Below, piece by piece: positions 38,543 through 48,026 of a DNA stretch of 64,000 bases. Below the pieces are notes generated by a model. That model saw only the letters and a list, made by a program, of their open reading frames with translations, was not told the DNA's origin and did no database searches. Numbering within the stretch: position 1 is the first letter of the stretch; every line of letters starts with the position of its first letter. Origin of the DNA: Chloroflexota bacterium (GTDB taxonomy: Bacteria; Chloroflexota; Dehalococcoidia; Lucifugimonadales; UBA3495); NCBI GenBank assembly GCA_027623675.1, contig JAQBVF010000016.1, positions 17,187 to 81,186 on the forward strand, read 5' to 3'. Position numbers and translations under genes: made by a program.

Positions 38543-39649
38543 CTAACCCTCGTTGGCCAGCGCCTCTTCCACATTGGCTAGGACGTCGGCTGGGACCCAG
38601 GACTTCCAGGCATCGTTGTTCTTGAGATACCAGATGCCGGTGGCCGAGTATGCCTCTTCCGATGTATCGAAATTGTCCTTGTTCTCACCGTACCAGCCGT
38701 CAGCGGCCAATTGGTTGCTGGCAGACCAGTCCCAGTTCTTGAAGAACGGGATCAACTCGGGAGCTTCGGCCGACAGATCGGTGTTCATGGCGATCAGGAT
38801 GTTGGCTGCGGGGAATTCACACCCTAGAGCTGGGTCGTTATTGGGGCACTCCGAGGGGTCGGGCTGCTCCAAGCGGCGCATATCCAGTTCGAAGGCCAGC
38901 TTGGTGGGACCCCAGTAATAGAACAGGATCGGGTCCTCTTTCTTATAGGCGCCCTCGATGGCCGCGGCCAGAGCGCCGCCGGTGCCGGGATCGCGCAGTT
39001 CGACATGGTCGGACAGTCCGTAGGCTTCAATCTGACCCTCGTTCACCGCCCGGCATGACCAAGATGCGATACAACCGACCAGAACGGCCTTTCCGCCGCT
39101 ATCAGGCTCGGTGAAAAGATTCTTGTACTCATCTTTCTTCAGGTCCTGCACTGAAACCAGGCCGGGGTTGGCGTCGGCCAGGTAACCCGGGATGATGAAC
39201 GTGCTTTGCCAGTTGTCTTCCAGGCTCCGTCCCACGGAGAAGACCTCACCGTCTTTGGTTGCTTCGTTCCAGGCATCGTTCTGGTTGGGCAGCCAGATCT
39301 CCATGGTAATGTCAATGTCCCCATTGCGGAGACCCTGGAACAACGGAACGGTCCCACCCTCGATCTGGGAGGTGAGATAACCATAGCCATTCTCTACGAT
39401 ATACCGGGCAACGCCATTCTGTACCAGGGCGCTATCCCAGTTGAGACCAGCGAAGACCAACTCCCGTTTCTCTTTCTCGGGGGCTGTGACCTCAACTTCC
39501 TTGATCACCTCGACCGGCACTTCCTTGGTGACTTCTTTGATCACTTCGACGGTCTGAATCTCGGTCCCACCGCAGGCAGCGGCGATAACCGAAAATGCCA
39601 AAACCAGAAGGACCAATAGGCCGGGCTTTTTTAAACCAGTAGATAACAT
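38543..39649 (-). CDS. proX: Glycine betaine-type ABC substrate-binding lipoprotein (ProX/OpuAC-like)
   Basis: Lipobox AAAC, V/E/K-rich linker, NWDS, MEIW, CIASWSC, FYYWGP. Confidence 0.82.
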   Translation of the reverse strand: MLSTGLKKPGLLVLLVLAFSVIAAACGGTEIQTVEVIKEVTKEVPVEVIKEVEVTAPEKEKRELVFAGLNWDSALVQNGVARYIVENGYGYLTSQIEGGTVPLFQGLRNGDIDITMEIWLPNQNDAWNEATKDGEVFSVGRSLEDNWQSTFIIPGYLADANPGLVSVQDLKKDEYKNLFTEPDSGGKAVLVGCIASWSCRAVNEGQIEAYGLSDHVELRDPGTGGALAAAIEGAYKKEDPILFYYWGPTKLAFELDMRRLEQPDPSECPNNDPALGCEFPAANILIAMNTDLSAEAPELIPFFKNWDWSASNQLAADGWYGENKDNFDTSEEAYSATGIWYLKNNDAWKSWVPADVLANVEEALANEG

Positions 39650-39892
39650 GTCGCAGACTCCATTTGGTGTTGTTTTGCCACCTGGGCGGCGGGCCGCTGC
39701 CAGGCGTTAGGCGCAAATAAAAATTCCCAGACAGGCCTTTTACTGCCTCGCCACACCCTAACGCACATCAGTGGACCAGTAAAATCTCAGGTGGGTGGCG
39801 CTCCTGACCCGGTAAGGCCCAGCCTGCGCTCCAAGCTAACAAACGAGCAAGTTTGCCCAAGTCAGGCGCGGCTGCCGCGTTTCTTCTTTGAT

Positions 39893-41374
39893 TCAGGAAC
39901 GGGTGCCGCGTTTCATTGCCAGCGCGGGGACGATGGCCGCCAGCGAGACCACGGACGCCACCAGGAAGAACCGTCGAAATAGCTCCAATCCCGCGGCGTT
40001 GAGATTGGCGGTGTACTCGGCCGCCCGGCTTTCATATACACCGGCCCCATCGCCCAGTTGGGGCAAGGGAAATTCCAGCCCTAGGGTAAGCGTCTGGAAA
40101 TGACCGACGCCCCATGCCGAAAGCGCCGCCAGCCCCAACGTCATGCCCATCATCCGCGATACCACGACCAATGACGCCGCAGTACCCCGGTAGCCCTCGT
40201 CCGCCGCACCGATGGCATGGACCGTGATGGGTGCGATTACCAGGCCAAAACCGAAGCCGGCGATCAGGAGGTGAACCGTCAATTCGGGGTCACCCACACC
40301 CAGGTCCCAGCCGCTGGCCAGGAACATGCCCACCGAAACCATGGCCAAGCCCACGGCGGTCAGCGGGCCCGACCCCAGCCGTGTCACCAACATGCCCCCA
40401 ACCACGGCGCCCACCGGAATGATGCCGGTCAGCCGCAACAGCCACATCGCCCCAGTCAGCGGCGATTTGCCCATCACCGTATTGGCCATCAGGGGCACCG
40501 TGATCATGGCGATGATCAGCGCCACACCGACCAGGACCTGGGTTAGGTTGGAGCTTAAGAATGCCCACGAGCGGAAGAGGAGCGGGGTGAGCAACGGCTG
40601 GTAGGTCCTGGCTTCCACCAGAACCAGCAGAGCAACCAAGCCCAAACCGCCGGCGGCCAACAGGAAGGGATAGGGCGAGTCGAAGGTGAACAAAGCCGTG
40701 CGGGACAAGGCCAGAGACAAGACCAACAGTGCTCCGACCAGGATCACCCCGCCCATGTAGTCCACTTTGGCCCGTTGGTCACGGCGGTTGGGCAGCCACA
40801 TCAAGCCCAGGAAGATGACCGCGCTTTGGGGAACGTTCAGCCAGAAGATCCAGCGCCAACCAAGGAGTTCTACGATGCCCCCGCCGTACGCCGGGCCCAG
40901 CATGGACCCGGCCTCCGCCGATGCCCCCACGATGCCGAGAGCCAGACCCCGCTGTTCCTTGGGGACCAGGGTGGTTGCCAGCGCCATGCCGATGGGCACC
41001 GTCGCTCCGCCGCCCACCGCCTGGACAACCCTGGCTCCGATCATCCATTCCAGGCTGGATGAGACCGCCACCAGGCTCGTACCGATGCAAAATACCACCA
41101 AAGAGGCCTGGTAGACCCGCGGGTAGCCGTACACGTCGCCCAGGCGGCCGATCAGGGGCATGGCCACGGTATAGCCCAGCAGGTAGGCGGTTATGACCCA
41201 AGAGACCCGGTCTAACTCGATGATGGGCACTTTCAGGTCCAGCATCACGCTGGGGAGGGCGGTAACCACCACGGTCTGGTCCAGGGCCGTGATGAATGCC
41301 CCCAGTCCTATCAGCCCCAGAACAAAGGATGTGGGCAGGGTCCGGTCCGTTCTCATCATGCCCTTAAACGGCAT
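39893..41374 (-). CDS. 14-TM MFS transporter resembling mycobacterial P55/Rv1410c
   Basis: WVITAYLLGYTVAMPLIGRLGDVYG, VVVSRMMGMTLGLAALSAWG; TAATG-coupled to upstream lipoprotein. Confidence 0.85.
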   Translation of the reverse strand: MPFKGMMRTDRTLPTSFVLGLIGLGAFITALDQTVVVTALPSVMLDLKVPIIELDRVSWVITAYLLGYTVAMPLIGRLGDVYGYPRVYQASLVVFCIGTSLVAVSSSLEWMIGARVVQAVGGGATVPIGMALATTLVPKEQRGLALGIVGASAEAGSMLGPAYGGGIVELLGWRWIFWLNVPQSAVIFLGLMWLPNRRDQRAKVDYMGGVILVGALLVLSLALSRTALFTFDSPYPFLLAAGGLGLVALLVLVEARTYQPLLTPLLFRSWAFLSSNLTQVLVGVALIIAMITVPLMANTVMGKSPLTGAMWLLRLTGIIPVGAVVGGMLVTRLGSGPLTAVGLAMVSVGMFLASGWDLGVGDPELTVHLLIAGFGFGLVIAPITVHAIGAADEGYRGTAASLVVVSRMMGMTLGLAALSAWGVGHFQTLTLGLEFPLPQLGDGAGVYESRAAEYTANLNAAGLELFRRFFLVASVVSLAAIVPALAMKRGTRS

Positions 41375-42111
41375 TAACCGGCGAAGCCGCTTGGTGGGGT
41401 GATCTGCACCGGCTGGTTGATGTCGTCCAGGGTCAGCAGGCGTTCCGTGATTTCGTCGTCGGTCGGGACCACACGGCCCGAGATAGCCACCTGACGCAGC
41501 AAGCCTTCGTCGTCCAGCCACAGTTCAAGCCTCACGGGATAGCCTTCCCCCGCCCCAGGAACCAGTCCCGACAGGTCTTCGGAGGCGATCTTTCCGGCGA
41601 TGCGCACCGTGTCCACGCCGCCCAGCCGTTCCTCGCCTACTCTCCGGGGTTCTTCCACGGCGTCCACAACGTCAGCCAAGGTCTGTCCCAACCCTGAGAG
41701 GTCGAAGGGCAACGATTCTTTGGGTATCTGGTTCCATTTGCCGCTGAATATATCGGTCATGTAGGCCGTGTCATCGATGGTGACGATGCTGATCTCAAGA
41801 TACAGCTTGGGAGACTCGGTTTCGGCCTCCACGGTAACCCTGAAACGGCCGGGAATAACAACGTCGCCATAGACCTTGGACATCAACACGCCGGGCACCA
41901 ACACGGTGGACCCTTTCAGATGTTCCAGGGTGAACGCCGCTGACCGCAGGGCCAGCAGTTGGTCAACCGCCTGGCTCAGGGCTTGTTCGGCGTCGATGGT
42001 TGCTGCCCCGTCCGGAGTTGGTTTGGCGGAGTTGTTCGAACCGCAGGCCACCAGCAGGCCCAAAAGCAAAAGGGCCACCAGCGGGGACTTGGCGCTCAGT
42101 TCCACGACCAA
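41374..42111 (-). CDS. LppX/LprAFG (LprG-like) lipoprotein
   Basis: Lipobox LVAC, beta-rich LolA-like pattern, C-terminal INQPVQITPP. Confidence 0.75.
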   Translation of the reverse strand: MVVELSAKSPLVALLLLGLLVACGSNNSAKPTPDGAATIDAEQALSQAVDQLLALRSAAFTLEHLKGSTVLVPGVLMSKVYGDVVIPGRFRVTVEAETESPKLYLEISIVTIDDTAYMTDIFSGKWNQIPKESLPFDLSGLGQTLADVVDAVEEPRRVGEERLGGVDTVRIAGKIASEDLSGLVPGAGEGYPVRLELWLDDEGLLRQVAISGRVVPTDDEITERLLTLDDINQPVQITPPSGFAG

Positions 42112-43442
42112 AATGCCAGCACACCCGCTCCCAAGTCCCGGGGGCCGGCGCCTCCTTCAACATCCAGCACGTAGACCCGGTCGCCGGTGGGGGTCCGGCC
42201 GTTGCTCCTGCGCGCCGCCTCGCCCTTGGAGCCAGCCACCACCAGAGACTTGCCGTCGGGCGACCAGGGCGAGTGGGAATGGGCGTACTGGTCGAAGAAG
42301 CTCAACATGATAAAAACTTCGCCCGACGGCTGGAAGCTGAACAGACGCTTGGCGCCGGAGCCGTCACTGGGCGAAACCACCCATTCCATCTCCTGCACTT
42401 CGGAATTCACCTCAACCCAAGCCACTTTGTCTCCGGTGGGCGCCCAATAGAATGCCATCACCTGTTCGGCCGACAGAGTGACAACAGGACCGTCGGCGAC
42501 CGGAACTAGCATGAGCCGGTTGAAGTATGGGACCCGGGGGCTGGGCTGGTCGGCCACTGCCAGTTGCGTGCCGTCGGGAGACCACATGAAGGCGGAGAGC
42601 AGGCCAACGTCCATGACCTTTCTGGCCTGTTCCAGGCCGTCTACTGGGGCTACAAACAGCGCCATCCCTCCGCCGTCACTGGCCACGTAGGCCAGGATGG
42701 ACCCGTCGGGGGATATCGCCGGAACCCGGAACCCGCCGGCCGACCCGATCGACCGTCTTAAGCCGCCTTCAGCTGGAAGCGTGACCAAACTTATGTCAGC
42801 CCCGACATGCAAAGCCATGGTCCCGGCGTCCTTCGACCATTGGTAGTAGAGAGGCGCGCCGCGGTCAATCACGTCGGCTGCCCGCCCCGGTGTGCCGTCC
42901 CAAACGAGCAGCGACAACCCGTCGGGAGCGGATGCCAAGAAAGACAGGCTGTCTCCGGTCGGCGCCCAATATATGTAGTGGGGAGCACCTTCCGCGATCA
43001 ACGCGGCTTGGTCATTCACATATACCGTTTCGCTTCGGCCGGTGCGCGCATCCATCACCTGCACCGATAACTCGGCCCGGTTCTCAGATACAACCACTCT
43101 CGATGCGGCCAGTTTGGTCCCATCTGCCGACCATGTCGGCCAGGTATAGTATTCGTTGAGATTCAAGGGCTGGCCTTGGATTGCCCCGGCCGAGCCTTGT
43201 CCAGCTTGGAGCCCTCCGGTCAATCGGGCCGGTTCACCGCCGTCCGGATCTACCGTGATCAAGTCGCCATTGGCATTAACGTAAGCTATCCGGTCCACCT
43301 GGGCAATCTCCTCCTTCAACTCAAGCTGCGGCGTATCTTCCGGGCCAACGGTCTTGGTGCTTACCGGGCTGGAACAAGCTAACGCCACGGTGCCAACCAG
43401 AATGGCCAATACAAGTGACGTCCTGCCAACATGAAGCATCAT
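42096..43442 (-). CDS. TolB-like beta-propeller lipoprotein
   Basis: Lipobox ALAC; repeated WS(P/A)DG / WAPTG blades. Confidence 0.75.
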   Translation of the reverse strand: MMLHVGRTSLVLAILVGTVALACSSPVSTKTVGPEDTPQLELKEEIAQVDRIAYVNANGDLITVDPDGGEPARLTGGLQAGQGSAGAIQGQPLNLNEYYTWPTWSADGTKLAASRVVVSENRAELSVQVMDARTGRSETVYVNDQAALIAEGAPHYIYWAPTGDSLSFLASAPDGLSLLVWDGTPGRAADVIDRGAPLYYQWSKDAGTMALHVGADISLVTLPAEGGLRRSIGSAGGFRVPAISPDGSILAYVASDGGGMALFVAPVDGLEQARKVMDVGLLSAFMWSPDGTQLAVADQPSPRVPYFNRLMLVPVADGPVVTLSAEQVMAFYWAPTGDKVAWVEVNSEVQEMEWVVSPSDGSGAKRLFSFQPSGEVFIMLSFFDQYAHSHSPWSPDGKSLVVAGSKGEAARRSNGRTPTGDRVYVLDVEGGAGPRDLGAGVLAFWSWN

Positions 43443-43764
43443 TCAACCAAACGCCAACGGGCACGCCAGATTCACACAATGGATTCAGGATAACACTACC
43501 GCCCGTTGGCAACATTCAATTCCCGGTGGACAACCTTGGCTGGTCTTGCGCCTTTACTGGGATAATCCTGCTAGGCAAAAATCACCAGTGAATCCACCAC
43601 ACGATCTCCCTGCTTCGGCACACATACGAACCGATGTCTATCTACTAAGCCAAATATTCTCTACATGTTAAGATATTTATAGTCAACCTTATTCCAGTCA
43701 CGCCCAAGCCTGGTTATCCACATCATCAACTCCTTTATTACTACTACTATTTTTACTAAATAAC
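43443..43764. other. Probable chromosomal replication origin (oriC) region
   Basis: AT-rich intergenic region; TTATCCACA at 43714..43722, degenerate second box, TTA TTA CTA CTA CTA trios at 43735..43749, then AT tract. Confidence 0.72.
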
Positions 43765-45045
43765 ATGATTGATACCGTTAGATTAAATATTAACGCCGGC
43801 TCCGGCGGTAACGGATGCAGTAGCTTTTTGCGGGAGAAATACCGTCCCAAAGGCGGCCCTAATGGTGGCGATGGCGGCGACGGCGGAAGCGCCTACCTGA
43901 TCGGTGATTCTTCGATAAATACTTTGCTGCACATCAAATTCAACAGCACTATCTATGTGGTCCACGGTGGTCACGGCAAGGGTAAGAATAAGCGGGGAGC
44001 CAACGGGGAAGACAAATATATCCCTGTGCCTCTTGGGACTGTGGTTTACCGGATGGGTCCGGACGGTGAGAAAGAATATCTGGACGACATCAAGGATGAG
44101 ACTCCCAGACTCGTTGCTGTAGGTGGCCGTGGCGGTTGGGGGAATAGCCGGTTCGCGACTCCGACTAACCAAGAACCGGTGTTGGCCCAGCGCGGAGAGA
44201 AAGGTGAGAGGTCCGTTCTGTTTCTGGAGCTAAAACTTCTGGCAGATGTTGGGCTGCTGGCCAAGCCCAATGCCGGCAAATCTACCCTGATATCCATGTG
44301 TTCAGCCGCGAAACCAAAGGTCGCCGATTATCCCTTCACCACTGTTGAACCGGTTTTGGGAGTGGTTACGGTTGGCCGCAGTGATTTCGTGATGATGGAA
44401 GTTCCCGGTCTATTGGAGGGCGCCCACGAAGGGACTGGCCTGGGCCATGAGTTCTTGCGTCATGCCGAAAGGGCGAGACTGTACGTCCATATCTTGGACG
44501 GTTTGTCTGATGACCCGGTGGAAGACTATCTAATGATCAACGAGGAGCTGGAGCAGTTCAACCCGGAGATGGCTAATAAGCCCCAACTTGTTGTGGTAAA
44601 CAAGATGGACGTCACCGAGGTACGGGAGCGGAAAGATGAGCTGCAAGCTGGTTTGCTGGAGGCGATCGGAGACCGGGGTTCTAGCATACAGTTCATTTCT
44701 GCGGCCACCGGCGAAGGCGTGGACCTCCTGATGGGAAGCATCGTAAACGCCCTGAACGCCCTGCCCAAAGCAGAGCCATCTACCGAGCCGGAAGTTGAAC
44801 CCATGCACTCCCGGCCACAGCGGTCCATGCCCAGGGAGTCGGTGCGCCGTGAGGGCGGTGTGTACGTGGTGGTCTCGGAGGCGATGGAACGGCTAACAGC
44901 GATGGCCGACACCCGGGACCAGCGAGTCTTGCTGCAATTATGGCGTGAGATGCGGAAATCAGGCCTGGCAGACCGGTTGATCGACTCGGGCATCGAGGTC
45001 GGAGACACCATCAGATTCGGCAAAGTAGAACTGCAGTGGTTCTAA
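43765..45045 (+). CDS. obgE: GTPase ObgE/CgtA
   Basis: Gly-rich Obg fold (GGPNGGDGGDGG), PNAGKST, YPFTT, NKMD, C-terminal domain. Confidence 0.96.
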   Translation: MIDTVRLNINAGSGGNGCSSFLREKYRPKGGPNGGDGGDGGSAYLIGDSSINTLLHIKFNSTIYVVHGGHGKGKNKRGANGEDKYIPVPLGTVVYRMGPDGEKEYLDDIKDETPRLVAVGGRGGWGNSRFATPTNQEPVLAQRGEKGERSVLFLELKLLADVGLLAKPNAGKSTLISMCSAAKPKVADYPFTTVEPVLGVVTVGRSDFVMMEVPGLLEGAHEGTGLGHEFLRHAERARLYVHILDGLSDDPVEDYLMINEELEQFNPEMANKPQLVVVNKMDVTEVRERKDELQAGLLEAIGDRGSSIQFISAATGEGVDLLMGSIVNALNALPKAEPSTEPEVEPMHSRPQRSMPRESVRREGGVYVVVSEAMERLTAMADTRDQRVLLQLWREMRKSGLADRLIDSGIEVGDTIRFGKVELQWF

Positions 45046-45117
45046 CGATCCGGCAGGACGGGCATGACGGACCTGGCGTGGTCCCGGTGGGTCTCTCGCT
45101 GGACCAAGGGTAGCCCG

Positions 45118-45744
45118 TTGAAGATTGGAATCCTGGGCGGGACATTCGATCCCGTTCACCTTGGACACCTGCGCATCGCCGAAGCAGCGATGGAACAGGC
45201 GGGTCTGGAGCAGGTGTTATTCATCCCCGCCGGCCACCCCAGGCTCAAACAGACGGAACCGGGCGCGACCGTCGCCCAACGCATCGAGATGGTGTGTCTG
45301 GCCATCGAAGGCCACCCAAAGTTCCGGGTCTGCGAGATTGAAGCACATAGGCCCGGCCCCACCTACACCGTTGACACCTTGGTGGAGCTGTCGGGTAAGC
45401 TTGGACCCGAAGCCGAACTGTTCTTCATCCTCGGCTTGGACGTGCTGGGCCAGCTTGACCAGTGGAAAGAACCGGAGCGGGTGCCGCGGCTATGCCGGCT
45501 GTTGGCGCTGGACCGGCCTGGCGAGGAGGGCTTCGACTGGCCTGGGTTCTACAGCCGGGTCCCGGAAGCAAGGGGCAAGGTCCAGGTTGTGACGGCGCCG
45601 CTGGTAGATGTTAGCGGCACCGAACTGCGGCGCCTGATACTGGCCGGAGAGCCGCTGACCGGGCAGGTCCCAGAAGCGGTTGCCCGATACATACAGGAAC
45701 AAGGCTTATACCAGAATGCAGGGGGAGAGAGGAAGTCGAGTTGA
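45118..45744 (+). CDS. nadD: Nicotinate-nucleotide adenylyltransferase
   Basis: GGTFDPVHLGH, YTVDT, VSGTELR; TTG start. Confidence 0.93.
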   Translation: MKIGILGGTFDPVHLGHLRIAEAAMEQAGLEQVLFIPAGHPRLKQTEPGATVAQRIEMVCLAIEGHPKFRVCEIEAHRPGPTYTVDTLVELSGKLGPEAELFFILGLDVLGQLDQWKEPERVPRLCRLLALDRPGEEGFDWPGFYSRVPEARGKVQVVTAPLVDVSGTELRRLILAGEPLTGQVPEAVARYIQEQGLYQNAGGERKSS

Positions 45745-46307
45745 ATGAAACAGTGGACCGGCTATTGGCCTTGGCGATAGAGCGGGGCGCCATCAAATAC
45801 GGCGACTTCACACTAACCTCTGGGAAGAAGAGCAGTTATTACTTCGACGGCCGTCTTCTGAGTTTGGACCCGGAGGGCACCCACCTGATATCAGCGGCGT
45901 TGCTCCCCCTGCTGCACCAGGCGGGCGCTCAGGCCATCGGCGGCACCACGCTGGGTGCGGATCCCATCGTCGCCGCAGTGGCGTTGGCGAGTCACCTGGA
46001 CGGCAGACCCATCCCGGCGTTCATCGTGCGCAAGGAAAGCAAGAGCCACGGCACCAAGCAGAATATCGAGGGACCGTTGCAGCCTGGAAGCAAGGTGGCC
46101 ATCGTGGACGATGTTTGCACCACCGGCGGGTCTCTGTTCCACGCCATCGAGGCGGCGGAAGAGGCTGGGTGCACCGTGGTCAAGGTTGTTTCGCTGCTCG
46201 ACCGGAACGAGGGCGGGTCGGAAGAGATGCGGAGGCGGGGCTACGACTTCGCGGCGTTGTTGGCCGCGACCCCAGAGGGCAAGATCGAGCCGGTCGCCGA
46301 TCAGTAG
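45741..46307 (+). CDS. pyrE: Orotate phosphoribosyltransferase
   Basis: FTLTSGKKSSYYFD, RKESKSHG, VDDVCTTGGS. Confidence 0.95.
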   Translation: MNETVDRLLALAIERGAIKYGDFTLTSGKKSSYYFDGRLLSLDPEGTHLISAALLPLLHQAGAQAIGGTTLGADPIVAAVALASHLDGRPIPAFIVRKESKSHGTKQNIEGPLQPGSKVAIVDDVCTTGGSLFHAIEAAEEAGCTVVKVVSLLDRNEGGSEEMRRRGYDFAALLAATPEGKIEPVADQ

Positions 46308-46308
46308 C

Positions 46309-47385
46309 CTAGTTTTTTGCTGGACCGAAAGGCTGGGCCAGCGAGACAATCTCCGCTGAGGCCTTTTCCTTGGCTCCTATGTCCAAACGCGCGCCGATAG
46401 TGGCAACGGCTGCTTTGACGTAGCCCAGGCCTTTCAGAGCGCCGCCAGAGGGTGTTGGCGCAACGGATGTCACTGCTCCAATGTTCTGGCCATCAAGGAG
46501 CAGCGCGTCACCCGGCGCAATGCCCGCTTCGGGGTCGAAGCTCAGGGAAACCAGGTATCTCTGGACCTTTTTGTAGCTGTCCAGCCTGGCGATGACTTCC
46601 TGACCGATGTAACAACCCTTGGTAAAGTCCACCGAGCCGATCAGGCCGGCCTCCAGCGGGTTGTATGGTTCGCCAAGCTCGGGTCCGTACTCCGGTACGC
46701 CGTGATTCACCCGCGCCGCGTCCATCGCGGTAGTGCCGACGGGAACAGCGCCATTCGCGGTTAGATGCTGCCAGACCTCTGCGGCGGCTTCGGGGTCAAC
46801 AATCAGCCAGTACCGGGACAGGGAACCCAAGGGCTGTTCTATCGCCAGCGCACCATGCCCGCCGAGATTCACGGACCGGATGGATAGGGAGTCTGGGGAG
46901 ACCGTGGCGGCGGCGTTGTCCGCCAGGCCTAAGAGCCTCGCCGAGCCCGGGCCGACCAGGGCCAACATGGCGGTCTCGGGGGTGATGTCCTCGACCTCAA
47001 GGTCTTCCATGATGGTGTACTTGTCCAGCCAGTCCATGACCGCCTGTTGGCGGCCGGGGCTGGTGAGCAGCAACAGGTAGTCACCCTGGTTAACCACGCC
47101 CAGCACATCAATGATCCGGCCACGGTCGGTGGTTAGCACGGTAACAGCGCCCTCGCCGACGCCCAGGTCCACCACTTTGTTGGTCGACATGCGGTTGAGC
47201 AAGTCCAGACCGTCTTCGCCGGTGGCCTTCAGCCGCCCCATGTAGCTGGCGTCATGGATGGCTGCGGCGGTGGTGGCTGCTTCATATTCGGGGGCGAAGC
47301 CGGAGTAGACGGCGGGCAATCTGTAGCCGTGACGCTCGACGAAGACGGTGGCGCCGGTCTGGAGCGGTGATTCTTGCAGGGCCAT
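46309..47385 (-). CDS. YgfZ/GcvT-like folate-binding protein
   Basis: KGCYIGQE signature. Confidence 0.88.
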   Translation of the reverse strand: MALQESPLQTGATVFVERHGYRLPAVYSGFAPEYEAATTAAAIHDASYMGRLKATGEDGLDLLNRMSTNKVVDLGVGEGAVTVLTTDRGRIIDVLGVVNQGDYLLLLTSPGRQQAVMDWLDKYTIMEDLEVEDITPETAMLALVGPGSARLLGLADNAAATVSPDSLSIRSVNLGGHGALAIEQPLGSLSRYWLIVDPEAAAEVWQHLTANGAVPVGTTAMDAARVNHGVPEYGPELGEPYNPLEAGLIGSVDFTKGCYIGQEVIARLDSYKKVQRYLVSLSFDPEAGIAPGDALLLDGQNIGAVTSVAPTPSGGALKGLGYVKAAVATIGARLDIGAKEKASAEIVSLAQPFGPAKN

Positions 47386-47508
47386 CGGATTCTCCAAGAG
47401 ATGTGGGTGAGGTGGGCCGTTAAATGAAACAGGCGCCGTCATCGGTTGAGCGATGCGGCGCCTGCTATTGTGCTGGTTTGGGCGGCCTCGGGCCAACCGC
47501 TGGCGGTG

Positions 47509-47874
47509 TTAGACGCTAAACGATGTGCCGCAGCCGCAAGCCTTCTTGGCGTTGGGGTTCTCGAACACGAAGCCCTTGCCGTTCAGGCCATCGGAAAAGT
47601 CGAGTTCGGTGCCGACCAAGTAGATGTAGCTCTTCTTGTCGACGATAACTTTCACGCCGTGTTGCTCGACGATCTTGTCGGTCTCGCTGGAGTCGCCGGT
47701 GTCACCGGTGATCTTTAGGTCGTAGGTCAGGCCGGAGCAACCGCCGCCTTTAACGGCCACGCGAATGCCGACGTTCTCGTTGATCCCGTCTTTCTCGGCG
47801 AAGTATTTAATCTTGTCGGCGGCTTTCTCCGAGATGGCCACCGTAAGTTCCACGCCATTCTGAGTTATGGGCAT
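47509..47874 (-). CDS. iscA: A-type Fe-S carrier (IscA/HesB family)
   Basis: GGGCSG and CGCGTSF. Confidence 0.92.
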   Translation of the reverse strand: MPITQNGVELTVAISEKAADKIKYFAEKDGINENVGIRVAVKGGGCSGLTYDLKITGDTGDSSETDKIVEQHGVKVIVDKKSYIYLVGTELDFSDGLNGKGFVFENPNAKKACGCGTSFSV

Positions 47875-48026
47875 ATCGTACTCCCCTCGCGGTTAGCTCC
47901 CTGGTCAGAGAGCTGGTTGGGGTCAAGTTCCAGACTTTGCTCCAATCAAGGAGCGGATATGATTATTGTAGGGTCTGGGGCCAAGCTCAGTCAAGAAAAT
48001 GAGCCTGGGTGTAACAACTGCCTTGG

